From the IMG/VR virus record IMGVR_UViG_3300035670_000055, positions 51,493 to 115,492 of that record: DNA of 64,000 nt, one strand, 5' to 3'. This DNA is from a virus. Positions 47,717 through 58,020 of the stretch are shown in pieces; the first letter of the stretch is position 1, and each line of letters starts with the position of its first letter. The notes beneath the pieces are model-generated. The model saw only the letters and a list, made by a program, of their open reading frames with translations. It did no database searches and was not told the origin of the DNA. A program made the translations under genes and the position numbers.

Positions 47717-48187
47717 TTATACATTTAAAAGGTTATAATCATTATAATCTCCTTTACCTTTAAGTATTCTTTTAAATAATCTTTTCTTTGGTTTAGGAAT
47801 ATTTAATAGCATTTTAGTTTTTCCTGATGTAGCATTATAGTCAGCAACACTAATATATGATAATTGAAATATATAGTAATTGATAACTCTTTCTATAACA
47901 CTATCTTTTTCGCTTCTATAATAATCAAACATTGCTTTATGTAATTCTTTTTGAAATTCAATTATGCTAAAATTAGAAATAGTACAAATAATCTCAAATA
48001 AATCATTTGCTATATATTCTAAACAAGAATTATCTTGTTCATTATAATCATAGGCGCATCTGGCAGCCCATAATCTTTTCAATCCCTCTATTCGAGAAAC
48101 ACCATCAGCATCATAATGGAATTTACAATATAATATAATATGTCCTTGTATAGGAGTTATTTCTGCGTTTTCTTTTAATTTCAGCAT
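47717..48187 (-). CDS. Hypothetical protein
   Basis: ORF track. Confidence 0.6.
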   Translation of the reverse strand: MLKLKENAEITPIQGHIILYCKFHYDADGVSRIEGLKRLWAARCAYDYNEQDNSCLEYIANDLFEIICTISNFSIIEFQKELHKAMFDYYRSEKDSVIERVINYYIFQLSYISVADYNATSGKTKMLLNIPKPKKRLFKRILKGKGDYNDYNLLNV

Positions 48188-48192
48188 AATAA

Positions 48193-48420
48193 TTATTTTT
48201 TAAGATTAAACAAAAAAGTAATATAATCTAATAATTCCACTTCAGTATAATTATCACAATCCCACCAACTTTCATCTCTGCCATCTTTTGTTATCCATTT
48301 TACATAATTTTTATATTGAATTTTTATTATACTCCCATTAATACTATAATCTGTAATTTCTGTTCCTTCAGACTTTACAGAATTAAAGTATAATTCTATT
48401 AATTCAAATGTTGTTTTCAT
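48193..48420 (-). CDS. Hypothetical protein
   Basis: ORF track. Confidence 0.55.
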   Translation of the reverse strand: MKTTFELIELYFNSVKSEGTEITDYSINGSIIKIQYKNYVKWITKDGRDESWWDCDNYTEVELLDYITFLFNLKK

Positions 48421-48694
48421 ATTTTATTGTTTTAAATAGTTCTAATATAACCCTAAAAGTAATACTACATAATGAATCTCCAATAAAAGACCATTTCATA
48501 TCATCTGTAAGAAAATAATAACCACCTTGTAGTTTAGCAATCCTACCACTAGATATATTATTACAAGAACAGAACCCATGTAAATTCTTCATAGAATTAA
48601 TAGTATAGTCTATATTAACACTAGTAAACATATTATTAGCATATATAGAATAATAATTATGTTCTATGCCTTTTGTTTTATCAAATCTTCTCAT
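48404..48694 (-). CDS. Hypothetical protein
   Basis: ORF track; ATGA coupling. Confidence 0.5.
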   Translation of the reverse strand: MRRFDKTKGIEHNYYSIYANNMFTSVNIDYTINSMKNLHGFCSCNNISSGRIAKLQGGYYFLTDDMKWSFIGDSLCSITFRVILELFKTIKYENNI

Positions 48695-49134
48695 ATTGCT
48701 TTTTCTATTTTTAATATTTTACATTCCCATCCATTCACTTTATCTATATGAGGAAGACCATAAGAAATAAACTCTAAAACTATTTCAGCTCCTTCATATC
48801 CTATAGAAGGATATCTATTACTTCCTCCTCCTTTATGAGAAAGATTAGAACTAATTTCTTTAACATTCTTTCCTAATATATAATCAGAAAATTTATTAGG
48901 TCTGGAAACAAGTACCTGATTATTACAAACAAGTTTATCTCCATTATATCCTAAATATCTAAACCTAGCAGTAACAGTATAAGTAGATAATACTAAATCA
49001 TCCAATAATTTAAATAACTCAATATCTAAATTACTATTAATTAAATATCCTATAGAAAATTCTCTATTATATATATCTTCATCAGATATAGATTTGCACC
49101 AATTTTTATTTGTCCTATCAATTTTTAGTTTCAT
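48691..49134 (-). CDS. Hypothetical protein
   Basis: ORF track. Confidence 0.55.
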   Translation of the reverse strand: MKLKIDRTNKNWCKSISDEDIYNREFSIGYLINSNLDIELFKLLDDLVLSTYTVTARFRYLGYNGDKLVCNNQVLVSRPNKFSDYILGKNVKEISSNLSHKGGGSNRYPSIGYEGAEIVLEFISYGLPHIDKVNGWECKILKIEKAI

Positions 49135-49446
49135 ATTGCTATATATTTTTATATGTATTTAGATTTTTATAGTTATTTATAAAGGTTAATTATTGGTTGA
49201 GGTATTACACCTCTCATCTTTCTCCCTCATTCTCTCTCACATATATATTAAAAATTTTAATTATATTATTAATATAGGTTAATAATATTAACTAAAACAT
49301 CAATAAAACTTTATTTGCTCCAAGCAAAAAGTTTTTATTCTCATTAAAGAGAAAAACATCCCTAAGACAAATAGAAATAAATTCTATAACGCCTACTCTA
49401 GTCTTAGGAATGCTTAAATAAAAATATATAATAATGAATGTCTATT

Positions 49447-49471
49447 AAGAATAACAAGAATAACAAGAATA
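49447..49471. repeat. Short tandem repeat (AAGAATAAC) x ~2.8
   Basis: aagaataacaagaataacaagaata. Confidence 0.6.
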
Positions 49472-49971
49472 TTTGTTTAGTTTATATATATATGGAAATA
49501 TTAGAAGACAAAAATTACATTATTATATATGTATGTGTTTTACAGCAGAAACTATAATATATGAGTTAGCCCTTATTTTGAACTCATAAATTGGAAGCTT
49601 GTATTTTCACAATGCCTTGTGTACTATATTATAGAACTATGCTGTGCTCAACATCTTGCAATGTTATTTTAGTTTTTATTATATTATTTCCAGATATAAA
49701 GAATATTGTTCTGTTCTCTGGAATATTGAATTGTGATAAATAAAGGTGATTATATATTAATTCTTGTAACAGAACAAACACAAAGTTTATATATCTGGAA
49801 TAACTTTTTCTCTGTACTATAATAATGTTATTATATTATCCTTGAGAAATAATAATGGTACATTAAAAGTACACTCCTTATATATATATATGTAGAATTT
49901 CTTTTCTTTCTTTTTTTTTATATTCCCAACCCAGGAACAAGTTCTCCCACCCCGTAGCTATATAGAATAAT

Positions 49972-49997
49972 AAAGCACCCTAATTAAAGAGTGCTTA
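49972..49997 (-). terminator. Terminator-like hairpin after the 171-aa gene
   Basis: AAGCACCCT-loop-AGAGTGCTT. Confidence 0.5.
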
Positions 49998-50000
49998 TTA

Positions 50001-50516
50001 TTACAATGCGATTAGTTGAGACCAATCAACTTCACGTGCTAATTGTACAGGAGTTTTAATCATTTCCTCTGTAACAGTCACTTCGCTGAATGACATGTCA
50101 ACACCTCCAGCATTAGAGATTGAATAGACAATTATTTGTACTTCTTCTCCAGTTTCTTCATCGATTTTCATAATTGGATTTCCGTCTTTATCATATTGAG
50201 GAAGTTCAAGAATTGGTAAAGAACCAACAGTATTCCATAACTTTTGGAATTCTTCTACAGATTGTTTTTTAGCTTCACGCAACTGACTACTAAATTTATC
50301 AGAACAGTTAACGTTTACAACTTGTCCTTTAGCATTATGCAAGGCAACAGTGATACGTGTTCTACGTTCTACACCCTCTCTGTTCTTAACAAGTTTACCT
50401 GTAAAGTTCTCAGGAGTAGTAAGTTTAAATGTTCCGCCAATTCCTACAAATTCACTAACAGTACCGATTGATTTTAATGAGCTCTGTCTTGGAGCTACGT
50501 CTTTAAATTGTAACAT
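50001..50516 (-). CDS. Hypothetical protein; first gene of the leftward unit
   Basis: ORF track; isolated between two long non-coding regions. Confidence 0.7.
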   Translation of the reverse strand: MLQFKDVAPRQSSLKSIGTVSEFVGIGGTFKLTTPENFTGKLVKNREGVERRTRITVALHNAKGQVVNVNCSDKFSSQLREAKKQSVEEFQKLWNTVGSLPILELPQYDKDGNPIMKIDEETGEEVQIIVYSISNAGGVDMSFSEVTVTEEMIKTPVQLAREVDWSQLIAL

Positions 50517-50978
50517 AATTTTATAATTTTTAAAAGGTTAATTTGTAAAAAGGGTTTTGGGATGGAGAATGTCCCTGATAATGATATGAGAGTGTAGTTT
50601 TACCTTGTTGAATTGGCTAACACACTCTCAATATCCATATCGTTTGAAGGGGGAGTAACCCCAATCTCTCAAATTGTACAGGGGGTCTTGGGTAGGAGTG
50701 GTATAACTCCCCTTTCACATAAACAATTTTCAAAAAAAAAATAATTCTCATACGAAAATATTTTTAAATAAAAAAATTTAAAAAATTTTTCCATGTGAAA
50801 AAAATGTATTAATTTTGGCAGGGTGGGTGGGTTAGAATAGAAGAGTTAGTTATTACTAACTAATAGATATTCCAGATAAGCAAACTAAATAAGGGAAGTA
50901 TATAAATAAAACATTGATATATAATTAAATAAAAAATAAAAATAGTTGTAATTAAAATATTTTTATTAACTTTGTCAT
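50517..50978. promoter_or_regulatory. Divergent control region with G-runs and hairpins; possible genome terminus / packaging site
   Basis: Strand switch; GGGGG runs near 50649 and 50681, GGGTGGGTGGG at 50821; TAACTTTG -7 element at 50967-50974. Confidence 0.5.
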
Positions 50979-51353
50979 ATGGAAACCAACAAATATATTT
51001 TACAGAAATTAAAAAAGTCAGTGAATTCTGAGTTTGAAAGAGCAGAAATGTATTATGGTGTATTATCTTTAGTTAATAATTTAGGATTAACAGAAAGAGA
51101 AATTCAATTGATAGCATTCACTGCAGTGAGAGGAAATATAACAAATGCTAATGTTAGAAATGAATTTTGTAAAAAGCATAATTCATCTTATAATACAATT
51201 AAAAACATTGTTTGGAAATTAAAAAAATATGGTATATTTACAAAACAGAATAATAAGATTAAAATCAATCCTGTTATTTGTTTAGATTTTAAAAAACCAT
51301 TAACGTTACAAATTAATATAATAGATGGAGAAGCCAGCAACGATGTCGATTAA
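50979..51353 (+). CDS. RepL-like HTH protein
   Basis: LTEREIQL..TIKNIVWKLKKYGIF..KINP; first gene of late block. Confidence 0.55.
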   Translation: METNKYILQKLKKSVNSEFERAEMYYGVLSLVNNLGLTEREIQLIAFTAVRGNITNANVRNEFCKKHNSSYNTIKNIVWKLKKYGIFTKQNNKIKINPVICLDFKKPLTLQINIIDGEASNDVD

Positions 51354-51666
51354 GGAATTTATTATTAGGAGTATGTCTACAACATTAATGATTCCAGAGA
51401 AAACTATAAATGCTGTAATAGATCATCAATTTGTAGGAGTATCTTCAGCAATGAAAAGACATAATAGCATTGAAATATCTGGATTTGGAAAGTTTTTATT
51501 TAATACAAAGAAAGCTGAAAAGAGAATGGAGAAGTTTGTTAGTCAAAAGAATTTATTTGAAGAGAGAATGAATGACGAAACACTTTCTGAAGTTAGGAGA
51601 AACACAGCTAAATATAAATATGAAACTGCTGTACAAAATATTAATGATTTACAAGAGAAGTTATGA
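51325..51666 (+). CDS. IHF/HU-like DNA-binding protein
   Basis: SIEISGFGKF motif. Confidence 0.75.
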   Translation: MEKPATMSIKEFIIRSMSTTLMIPEKTINAVIDHQFVGVSSAMKRHNSIEISGFGKFLFNTKKAEKRMEKFVSQKNLFEERMNDETLSEVRRNTAKYKYETAVQNINDLQEKL

Positions 51667-51923
51667 AAATATCAAAATTACAATTAAAACAAATATGGGA
51701 GGGATGGACCAATTTGTTATTTAGATTTAAAAACATTAAGATAAATATAGCTAAGAAAAAAAGATTAAAAATCTGTAGGGGCTGTAAAATGAATTCTATA
51801 TATGGAAAATCTAAAAGAATAGATGAGCATTGTACAATGTGTGGATGTAACATAGCTGCTAAGATTAGTTGTCTTTCTTGTGAATGTCCTATGAAAAAAT
51901 GGAAAGCTGAAAATGGAAAATAA
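51663..51923 (+). CDS. Zinc-binding protein
   Basis: RLKICRGC..CTMCGC..K..CPMKKW. Confidence 0.65.
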   Translation: MKISKLQLKQIWEGWTNLLFRFKNIKINIAKKKRLKICRGCKMNSIYGKSKRIDEHCTMCGCNIAAKISCLSCECPMKKWKAENGK

Positions 51924-52140
51924 ATTAAACATAGAAAAAGTTTGTATAGAAGAGCTTATGGAATTATTGTCCTTTGTAAAGGAACAGGGATTTGATTTCG
52001 TGGATTTAATAGGCATACCTGGAGAAGAAGAACAATCATTAGGTGTAATTACACAGCCTCATTATAAGCACGAAGAAGAAACAAATATTCCAGAATCGAA
52101 TATAAAATTGTCTGAAATAAATCTAAATGATTTAATATGA
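51913..52140 (+). CDS. Hypothetical protein
   Basis: ORF track; translational coupling. Confidence 0.65.
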   Translation: MENKLNIEKVCIEELMELLSFVKEQGFDFVDLIGIPGEEEQSLGVITQPHYKHEEETNIPESNIKLSEINLNDLI

Positions 52141-52397
52141 AAATATCACAGTATAACAAATGTTTGCAAATTTTGCAACAACTAAAAATAAATTTTCCTA
52201 AATATACATTAGGACAACATCTTTCAACTGTTTTAGATGAATATAAAAATCTGTGGGGAGTAAGTGATAAAGATTTACTTGCTTCATTAATTGAATATCA
52301 AAATCAATTACAAACAGATGTTCTTCATGACGATGAATTAGATGAAATTATAAAAGGAGGAATGGATTTGGAAAATTTATTTAAATCTGAAGAATAA
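52137..52397 (+). CDS. Hypothetical protein
   Basis: ORF track; translational coupling. Confidence 0.65.
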   Translation: MKISQYNKCLQILQQLKINFPKYTLGQHLSTVLDEYKNLWGVSDKDLLASLIEYQNQLQTDVLHDDELDEIIKGGMDLENLFKSEE

Positions 52398-52398
52398 T

Positions 52399-52707
52399 AT
52401 GGCTATAAAGAAAACTACATTTATAAACACAGAACTTTCATGGGCTGAAGAGCAATTGCATTCTTGGAAAGCTTATGTTGATGCCAACCCTTTACATGAG
52501 CTAAAGGATAGGATAGAATGGAAGCCGACAGCAAAAGGAGGAATGTTACCTATGGTAATTGCATCTATAGAAGCACAAGGTAAGTTTATCCAGGAAACAA
52601 TGAAAAATTATTTATCTTTGTTAGAAGTAGTGGATAAATTGAGAACACAAGAAGAAGCTAAAAAAGAAGCAAGAGGTTCTGGTTCAGTTCCTGAAAGAAT
52701 GATGTAA
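52399..52707 (+). CDS. Possible terminase small subunit
   Basis: Immediately upstream of TerL; helical; C-terminal ARG motif. Position-based call. Confidence 0.4.
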   Translation: MAIKKTTFINTELSWAEEQLHSWKAYVDANPLHELKDRIEWKPTAKGGMLPMVIASIEAQGKFIQETMKNYLSLLEVVDKLRTQEEAKKEARGSGSVPERMM

Positions 52708-52708
52708 T

Positions 52709-54736
52709 ATGGAAATTAAGTCAACAGAATTTTTTAGAAATATGAAAACTCTTCCTCCTCCTGGGACAGAAGAGTTTCGTCAATTAATAAAATGGGAAGA
52801 AGAAAAGATATTAGGTGGAGTAAATATTAACGGTGTACATATTTCTGGATGGTTGTATTGGCATTTAAATCATTGGTGGATTAGAATAGACGATGTAGAT
52901 GAATACGGAAACGATGTTAGAAAAGAATGTAACCCAGAACTACGTGATAATGAGTGGATTAGAGCAGAAGCATTAGAAAAAGCTAAAAATGAGAGAAAAG
53001 GATATATTGAAATAGGAGGTCGTCAGGGTGGGAAATCGGAAATGGAGGCTTCGTATTTTGGTATGAATGCTATAATGTTTCAAAATACACAGAATGTTAT
53101 TGTTTGTGGAAATGATAATGACTTGTCTTTATTAAAAGATAAAGTGGATTTTGGTCTAAGAAAACTGTGGAAAGGACTTGCTATTCCTAGATTAGATAAA
53201 ACATGGAGAAGTAATCAGGTAAGACTTGGTTATAAAACTCCTGATGGTGATGATAAAATATGGAGTTATATTATTATTCGTAATGCTAAAGATGGACATA
53301 ATACAGAGGTGGCTGCTGGTACAACAGCAAAGTCATTCATTATGGATGAGGTTGGTAAATATTCTTTCTCATCTGCATTTAAAGCTGCAGAACCAGCATT
53401 TAAAGGTAAGAATGGTTGGAGAGCTGTGCCGATTCTTGTAGGAACAGGAGGATCTTTTGATAACGGAAAAGATGCAGAGAATTTCTTTTATAATCCTGAA
53501 GCAAATAACTTCTTAACTATTGAAAATGAGGATAATTCTAAAACAGGATTATTCTTATCTGGATTATATAGACAAGATTGTAAATATAAAACTACACTTG
53601 CAGATTATTTAATTAATGTAAGAGGAATGAATCTTCCTGATGTATCTGAACTTTCTCAAATTGAAATGTGGGTTTCTGATAAAGAAAAAGCATTGAAATT
53701 AATTGAAAAAGAGAGAGTTGCAGCAAAACTACATCCAGATAGAACAATGTATTTAAAACAAGTGATGTATTTTCCTATTACAGTGAATGAATGTTTCTTG
53801 TCTGCTAGTCAAAATATATTTGATGTAGAATCAGCAAAACATCAAAAAGCTAGATTACTAGCACAAGAAAAAACAGGAACCCCTGTTGTTCTATATAATG
53901 ATGGAGAAAAAATAACACATAGATTCACAGATAAACTTCCTATAACTAATTTTCCGCTCAAAACAGACGATAGTAAAGATGCTCCAGTGGTAATATATGA
54001 ATTTCCTATAGAAAGTCCTCCATATGGACTATATGTAGCTGGAGTAGACCCTTACAGACAGGGACAATCTAAATATAGTGATTCATTAGGCTCTGTTTAT
54101 ATTTATAAAAGAATGCATGATTTAACAGGAGAAAAATATCAAGACATGTTTGTTGCTTCTTATTGTGCAAGACCAGAGAAAAAAGAAATATGGGATGAAC
54201 AAGCAAGATTACTGATTAAGTATTATAATGCCAGAGCACTTGTAGAAAACGATGAAGTTTCTTTCATTGATTATATGATTGCCAAAGGAGATGCACATTA
54301 TTTAGAAAAACAACCAGATTGGCTAAAAGAAGTTGTTCCAAATACCACAGTGAGGAGAGATTATGGTATTCACAGGTCTGCAGAAAAAATTAGAGATTTT
54401 TTACACACATGCTTGAAGAAATATCTGGAAGAACCTATTTTTGTAGAAGAGGATGAAAATGGTAATACTATAAGAGAAATATTAGGAGTTACAAAAATAT
54501 TTGATCCTGTATTACTAGAAGAAATTATACAATATAATGATGATGATAACTTTGACCGAGTTATTGCTGCAGAACTAGCAATAGCACAAGCAATGAAAAT
54601 GGACCCTATATTTGGAAAAATCTCTTCAACAAAAGATTCTAGAATTGAATCTTTATTAAAACCAAAAAAACGAAATGTCCTTTTTGATAATTCTAAAGGA
54701 TTATTTACAAATAATAAAAATAAATTATTTAGATGA
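52709..54736 (+). CDS. terL: Terminase large subunit
   Basis: GGRQGGKSE (Walker A), IMDEVGK (Walker B), GTGG, YVAGVDPY, NFDRVIA. Confidence 0.93.
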   Translation: MEIKSTEFFRNMKTLPPPGTEEFRQLIKWEEEKILGGVNINGVHISGWLYWHLNHWWIRIDDVDEYGNDVRKECNPELRDNEWIRAEALEKAKNERKGYIEIGGRQGGKSEMEASYFGMNAIMFQNTQNVIVCGNDNDLSLLKDKVDFGLRKLWKGLAIPRLDKTWRSNQVRLGYKTPDGDDKIWSYIIIRNAKDGHNTEVAAGTTAKSFIMDEVGKYSFSSAFKAAEPAFKGKNGWRAVPILVGTGGSFDNGKDAENFFYNPEANNFLTIENEDNSKTGLFLSGLYRQDCKYKTTLADYLINVRGMNLPDVSELSQIEMWVSDKEKALKLIEKERVAAKLHPDRTMYLKQVMYFPITVNECFLSASQNIFDVESAKHQKARLLAQEKTGTPVVLYNDGEKITHRFTDKLPITNFPLKTDDSKDAPVVIYEFPIESPPYGLYVAGVDPYRQGQSKYSDSLGSVYIYKRMHDLTGEKYQDMFVASYCARPEKKEIWDEQARLLIKYYNARALVENDEVSFIDYMIAKGDAHYLEKQPDWLKEVVPNTTVRRDYGIHRSAEKIRDFLHTCLKKYLEEPIFVEEDENGNTIREILGVTKIFDPVLLEEIIQYNDDDNFDRVIAAELAIAQAMKMDPIFGKISSTKDSRIESLLKPKKRNVLFDNSKGLFTNNKNKLFR

Positions 54737-55293
54737 TAAAAGAACATAAATATAAAAATGAAAAATATAAGTCTAGAATAAATGGAATTCATACAATTCA
54801 ATATAATACTTGGTGTAGTATGAAACAGAGATGTAATGATAAAAAATTACATGAAAGACATCCTTCTTATATGGAATGTAACATTTGCGAAGAATGGTTA
54901 GACTTTCAAAAATTTAGCGAGTGGTTTGATAAAAACTATATAGAAGGATATCAATTAGACAAAGATCTTTTGTTTCCTAAAAATAAATTATATTCTCCTG
55001 ATACTTGTTGTTTTATTCCACAAGAGATAAATGTTTCGATAATAAAACCTTATAAGAAAAGAGAATTGCCAATAGGAGTGTACAAACATAGAAATAAATA
55101 TGTAGTACATATAAAAGAGAATAAGCAATCTAAATATATAGGTATCTTTAATACGATTGAAGAAGCACACAATTGTTATAAAGTTAATAAGTCAAAACAA
55201 TTAGTTGAGTTAGCAAATAAATATAAAGATACATTAACTTTTAAAGTTTATGAAACATTAGTCAATTATAATAAAAACATTGATAAATATTAA
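54733..55293 (+). CDS. HNH homing endonuclease with AP2 domain
   Basis: TWCSMKQRC..CEEWLDFQKF..LDKDLL..YSPDTCCFIPQEIN; LPIGV..YIGIFNTIEEA. Confidence 0.88.
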   Translation: MIKEHKYKNEKYKSRINGIHTIQYNTWCSMKQRCNDKKLHERHPSYMECNICEEWLDFQKFSEWFDKNYIEGYQLDKDLLFPKNKLYSPDTCCFIPQEINVSIIKPYKKRELPIGVYKHRNKYVVHIKENKQSKYIGIFNTIEEAHNCYKVNKSKQLVELANKYKDTLTFKVYETLVNYNKNIDKY

Positions 55294-55295
55294 TT

Positions 55296-57878
55296 ATGAT
55301 AATTAGATATACCAAAGATGCCACCATTAGGTATGCCTATCTAAACATTTTTCCTGACCAGTTTAAAACTGATAAAGAAAAGGAAAATGAAGGATGGATA
55401 AAAAACACCATGGATTATTTTGCTAACAAAGCGTATGCAGAATATATTAAAAATAGAGACACATTTGTAAAAAATTATGATCTCGTAAAAGGAATACTCA
55501 GACCAGAGGATTTCTTCCAAGAACCAGAAGTAAAAAGTTTTACAGATATATTAACAACTAATATACAATTACCAGCTTATGTAAAACATTATTCTATTTT
55601 AACAAATCCAATCAATGAATTAGTTGGTGAAGTTACAAAAAGACCAGATACATTTAAAGCTAAAGCATTTGATGATGATAGTAAGTCTGAAGAATTAGAA
55701 TTCAAAACACAAGCTCTACAAGAATTTATTCTTTCTCAGGCAAAACAGAAAATCATTGAAAAAGCTGCTATGGAAGGAGTTGAATTAGAGGATGAACAAC
55801 TTGAACAAATGACTCTCGATAACGTGAAGGACTCTCTGGATAGCTACACTTCAATTGCAGAAAAATGGGCTAATCATGTTCTTACAGCACAAAAAGCAGA
55901 TTTTAATTTAAAAGAAAAAAGTGAAGATGCATTTAGAGATTTATTAATTTCATCAAGACAGTTTTACCACATTTATGAAGATAATTCTAAATTAGGATTT
56001 AATGTAGAAGTAGCTAATCCTAAGAATACATGGTTTCTCACTACTCCTGATAGAAAATATATTTCTGATCCAACTGGTAGAGCACAAGGAGCTTATGCTG
56101 CTGGTACTGTACAAGTTATGGAACTTTCTGAGATTATAGAAACTTTTCCAGATATTACAAAAGAAGAGATTGACCATTTAAGAAGTTCATTACAAGATTA
56201 TGGATTAATAAATGTAAGAGAATCTAACTTGGGAAATCCCAATGCAGGAGATGGGATTGATTCTGTTACATACGATACATACGACCCGCTTGTATTACAA
56301 ACAAGAATGATTATTGAATCTGAAATGAAAGAAAATGATGATGGTTTAAAAGATTTTCTAGGACTTACATCTAATGTTTCTTCATTTGGATATAAATATG
56401 TAGTTGTAAGAGCCTATTGGATTTCTAAAAAGAAAATAGGAAAGTTAATATACCTGGATGAACTAGGAAATGAACAATCTACATTAGTTGATGAAACATA
56501 TAAATCAGGAGCGATTCCTACACAACAATCATTAGAATGGGGTTGGATTAATCAATGGTATCAAGGAATAAAAATAGGACCAGATATTTATCATGTAAAA
56601 CCATATAAACTTTTAAACTATTGTCCTATTATAGGTACAACACATGAAATAAAAAATACAGAAGCTAAATCTCTTGTAGATTTAATGAAACCTTTCCAAG
56701 TAATTTATAATATTTGTATGAATCAATTATATAAATTATTAGAAAAAGAAATAGGTAACGTTGCTGCTGTAAACCTAAGAAGAATACCAAGAGTGAAAGA
56801 TGGAGATGGACAAGACGATATTGACATCTGGGAAATGGAAGCTAGAGAAAGAGGGGTGATGTTTGATGATGATAGTCCTGAGAATACAAAAGCTCCTGTT
56901 ACTAATCAATCTGTTGCTAGGAATGTAGATTTAACAAGAACACAAGAAATTCAATCTAGATATACACTTGCTCAACAAATGAAAAATGAATGTTGGGAAC
57001 TTGTAGGTATGTCTAAACAAAGAATGGGTTCTATATCAGCATCAGAGTCTGCTACAGGAACACAGACAGCAATGCAACAATCTTATGCTCAAACAGAACC
57101 GTTGTTTGTAGCACATGAGTACATTTTAGGACAATTATATCAAGCTATTATTGATGCCTCTTTATATATTGAGTCAAATAAACCACAGTCTACAATTTCT
57201 TATATTACATCTGAAGGAGAATCTGCATTTGTTCAAGTGAACGGTACAGATTTAAAATTTAGAGATATTAAGGTATTCTTAACTAATAGACCAGAAGATA
57301 CACAAATGTTTAATGAAATTAGACAGCTATCTCAAGCTATTATTCAGAACGGTGGTTCATTATATGATGTTATTGAGTTGTATAGTACAAAATCTCTTAG
57401 AGAAATGAAGAAAACATTTAAGGATTTAAGAGATAGACAAGTACAAATGCAAGAACAAGCACAACAATTGGAGCAACAAAAACTTGAACAACAACAACAA
57501 GCATTACAGGCTCAATTAGAACAAGCTCAACAACAGCACGAAGAACAAATTGCTAATGAGAACTATAATAAAGGACTTGATAGACTTAATAAAAAAGAAG
57601 TGGCAATTATTAATCAATTAGGTAGAAATGAAAATGCTACAGTAGATACAGATAATGACGGATTAGCTGATGCATTAGAGATTACAAAAATGTCTACAGA
57701 ACAAGATAAGATTAATAAAGCACATCAAGCTCAATTAGCTAAAATAAATCATGATACTGAAAAACTAGCAATCGAAAGAGAAAAAATAAAAGTGGAACGT
57801 GAAAATATGAAAAACGATTTAGCTATAGCAAAGGAGAATGCAAAGAATAGAAATAAAAAAGATAACAAAAATAAGTAA
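55296..57878 (+). CDS. Portal protein (crAss-like)
   Basis: 860 aa after TerL; SLVDLMKPFQVIYNI, GMSKQRMG, Gln-rich C-terminal coil. Confidence 0.88.
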   Translation: MIIRYTKDATIRYAYLNIFPDQFKTDKEKENEGWIKNTMDYFANKAYAEYIKNRDTFVKNYDLVKGILRPEDFFQEPEVKSFTDILTTNIQLPAYVKHYSILTNPINELVGEVTKRPDTFKAKAFDDDSKSEELEFKTQALQEFILSQAKQKIIEKAAMEGVELEDEQLEQMTLDNVKDSLDSYTSIAEKWANHVLTAQKADFNLKEKSEDAFRDLLISSRQFYHIYEDNSKLGFNVEVANPKNTWFLTTPDRKYISDPTGRAQGAYAAGTVQVMELSEIIETFPDITKEEIDHLRSSLQDYGLINVRESNLGNPNAGDGIDSVTYDTYDPLVLQTRMIIESEMKENDDGLKDFLGLTSNVSSFGYKYVVVRAYWISKKKIGKLIYLDELGNEQSTLVDETYKSGAIPTQQSLEWGWINQWYQGIKIGPDIYHVKPYKLLNYCPIIGTTHEIKNTEAKSLVDLMKPFQVIYNICMNQLYKLLEKEIGNVAAVNLRRIPRVKDGDGQDDIDIWEMEARERGVMFDDDSPENTKAPVTNQSVARNVDLTRTQEIQSRYTLAQQMKNECWELVGMSKQRMGSISASESATGTQTAMQQSYAQTEPLFVAHEYILGQLYQAIIDASLYIESNKPQSTISYITSEGESAFVQVNGTDLKFRDIKVFLTNRPEDTQMFNEIRQLSQAIIQNGGSLYDVIELYSTKSLREMKKTFKDLRDRQVQMQEQAQQLEQQKLEQQQQALQAQLEQAQQQHEEQIANENYNKGLDRLNKKEVAIINQLGRNENATVDTDNDGLADALEITKMSTEQDKINKAHQAQLAKINHDTEKLAIEREKIKVERENMKNDLAIAKENAKNRNKKDNKNK

Positions 57879-57880
57879 AA

Positions 57881-57908
57881 AATTTCCCTCTTTCGTTGAG
57901 GGAAATTT
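57881..57908 (+). terminator. Terminator-like hairpin after portal
   Basis: AATTTCCCTC-loop-GAGGGAAATT. Confidence 0.55.
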
Positions 57909-58020
57909 ATACTAATGCTATATTACTTAAACTATTTAAGGTGAAGTGCATTTTTTTCTTTTCTATTTAATAAATTTATTTTACTTTTACTGTATAAACC
58001 AAAATAAAACATAACTACAT

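Noticed and set aside
54710-55310. 3'-end replacement by the HNH gene between terL and portal
   Set aside because: Only short AT-rich matches (ATGATAA, ATAATAAAAA); not distinguishable from background.
57440-57550. CAA/GAA repeats in portal as a DNA repeat element
   Set aside because: Explained by the Gln-rich coiled-coil coding sequence.
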